Positions 63,128 through 64,000 of a stretch of DNA of 64,000 nucleotides are shown in pieces (the first letter of the stretch is position 1; each line of letters begins with the position of its first letter). The notes beneath the pieces are model-generated. The model was not told the origin of the DNA and made no database searches. It saw only the letters and a list, made by a program, of their open reading frames with translations. Source of the DNA: an uncultured delta proteobacterium (GTDB lineage: Bacteria; Myxococcota_A; Polyangia; Fen-1088); assembly GCA_963767925.1 (NCBI GenBank), contig CAVYGB010000008.1, positions 128,001-192,000 of the forward strand, given 5' to 3'. The position numbers were made by a program, and so were the translations under genes.

Positions 63128-63877
63128 CTAGAGGAAGAACCGCTCGGTGTTCTGGAAGCCCCGCTCGTTCTCCGGCCGGGAGGTGCGGCAGGGATCGTCG
63201 GGCCCCGGGGGATCCGAACGCCAGAGCAGGAGCTTGATCCGGCGGGGGGCGTACTCCGGGCCGGGGTCGAGCGGGTGGGGGCAGGTGTTGAGCACGAAGA
63301 GCACGTTCAGCTCCGCTCGCAGGTCGACATAGCTGCCGGGTGGGCTGTGCCCGGGCACGAAGCGCAGGCGGCCGTCCGAGTCGGCCGTCACCTTGGAGAA
63401 GAGGTTGAGGTTGGGCATCAGGTCCTGCTGCCCCAGCCCCCACTTGCCCAGCTCGACAAGGAAACAGTCGTGGGCGTTGCGGTGGTAGAGGTTGCGCTTC
63501 TCCTGGTAGCGAGCCACGCCGTAGCGGGCCACCGCGCCGGCGGCGTCGAGGTGGCCGGCCAGCGTGTCGTGCCAGCCGCACGAATCGGCAGGGATCGAGC
63601 AGAGGACCCGCCCCATGTCCGAGTAGAGCGCCCGTCCCTGGGTGAGGAAGGCGGTGTGCTGGGCCTTCAGCGTGTCGGGCATGTTGTAGCGCTCGCCGAG
63701 CAGGTCCCGGTTGTAGAGCATCAGCCCCACGTTGGCCCCGCCGTCGAGGTCGATGAGCCGCAAGGTGTGATGCCGCCGCACCACCTGGGACCACATGGCT
63801 CCACCGGCCAGCTCCTCCTCGAGGAGGATCCGGTCGGGCGCGGGAAGAGACGGCATGGGCGGCGGGATCGACGACAT
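63128..63877 (-). CDS. cgdA: DUF1989 carboxyguanidine deiminase subunit A (UAAP1)
   Basis: ERYNMPDTLKAQH, SDMGRVL, WHDT, NLFSKV, CPHPLDP. Confidence 0.9.
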   Translation of the reverse strand: MSSIPPPMPSLPAPDRILLEEELAGGAMWSQVVRRHHTLRLIDLDGGANVGLMLYNRDLLGERYNMPDTLKAQHTAFLTQGRALYSDMGRVLCSIPADSCGWHDTLAGHLDAAGAVARYGVARYQEKRNLYHRNAHDCFLVELGKWGLGQQDLMPNLNLFSKVTADSDGRLRFVPGHSPPGSYVDLRAELNVLFVLNTCPHPLDPGPEYAPRRIKLLLWRSDPPGPDDPCRTSRPENERGFQNTERFFL

Positions 63878-63924
63878 GGTGCTGCCTTATAACTCAGGTC
63901 ATGGCCGGGCCGAGCGGCGCTCCC

Positions 63925-64000
63925 CTACTCGACATCGTCTCCCGCCATCGTCATGCGCCGGATGGGCAGCCGCTCGATGACCTGGGGGAGGGCGCGGTGG
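63925..64000 (-). CDS. 3' end of an upstream gene (partial)
   Basis: Open frame HRALPQVIERLPIRRMTMAGDDVE* ending at TAG 63925. Confidence 0.4.
   Translation of the reverse strand, partial: HRALPQVIERLPIRRMTMAGDDVE

Noticed and set aside
63878..64000. Guanidine riboswitch upstream of cgdA
   Set aside because: Only about 47 nt intergenic; no guanidine-I consensus, and the ACGA words lack stems. One may lie outside the window.

Overview
Very GC-rich bacterial DNA. The gene content (sigma-54 enhancer-binding proteins, Ser/Thr kinase, ECF/FecR pair, Gly/Pro-linker lipoproteins) suggests Myxococcota; this is an inference. Several conserved genes carry single-base frameshifts, mostly in homopolymers, which look like long-read errors. 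The window holds about 57 genes: a Cus-type metal RND efflux operon, a sigma-54-driven MacAB-type ABC exporter, an ECF42/YciI pair, fpr/finR, a pacifastin-domain lipoprotein, a SUV3-like helicase, malate synthase, a sigma-54 two-component system, chrA, and a guanidine carboxylase (cgdA-cgdB-uca) operon that also carries a triuret hydrolase-like gene. The most striking system is at 43738-48606 (minus strand). It is a group-1 (toluene/isoprene-type) soluble di-iron monooxygenase operon, alpha-gamma-Rieske-effector-beta, with all iron ligands intact but no reductase gene. A cytoplasmic PAS-PAS histidine kinase is translationally coupled where the reductase normally sits. Also seen: a 164-bp CTAG-bounded MITE-like element, and a tandem enhancer motif plus sigma-54 promoter shared by two loci 32 kb apart. 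No rRNA, tRNA, CRISPR array or transposase was found.
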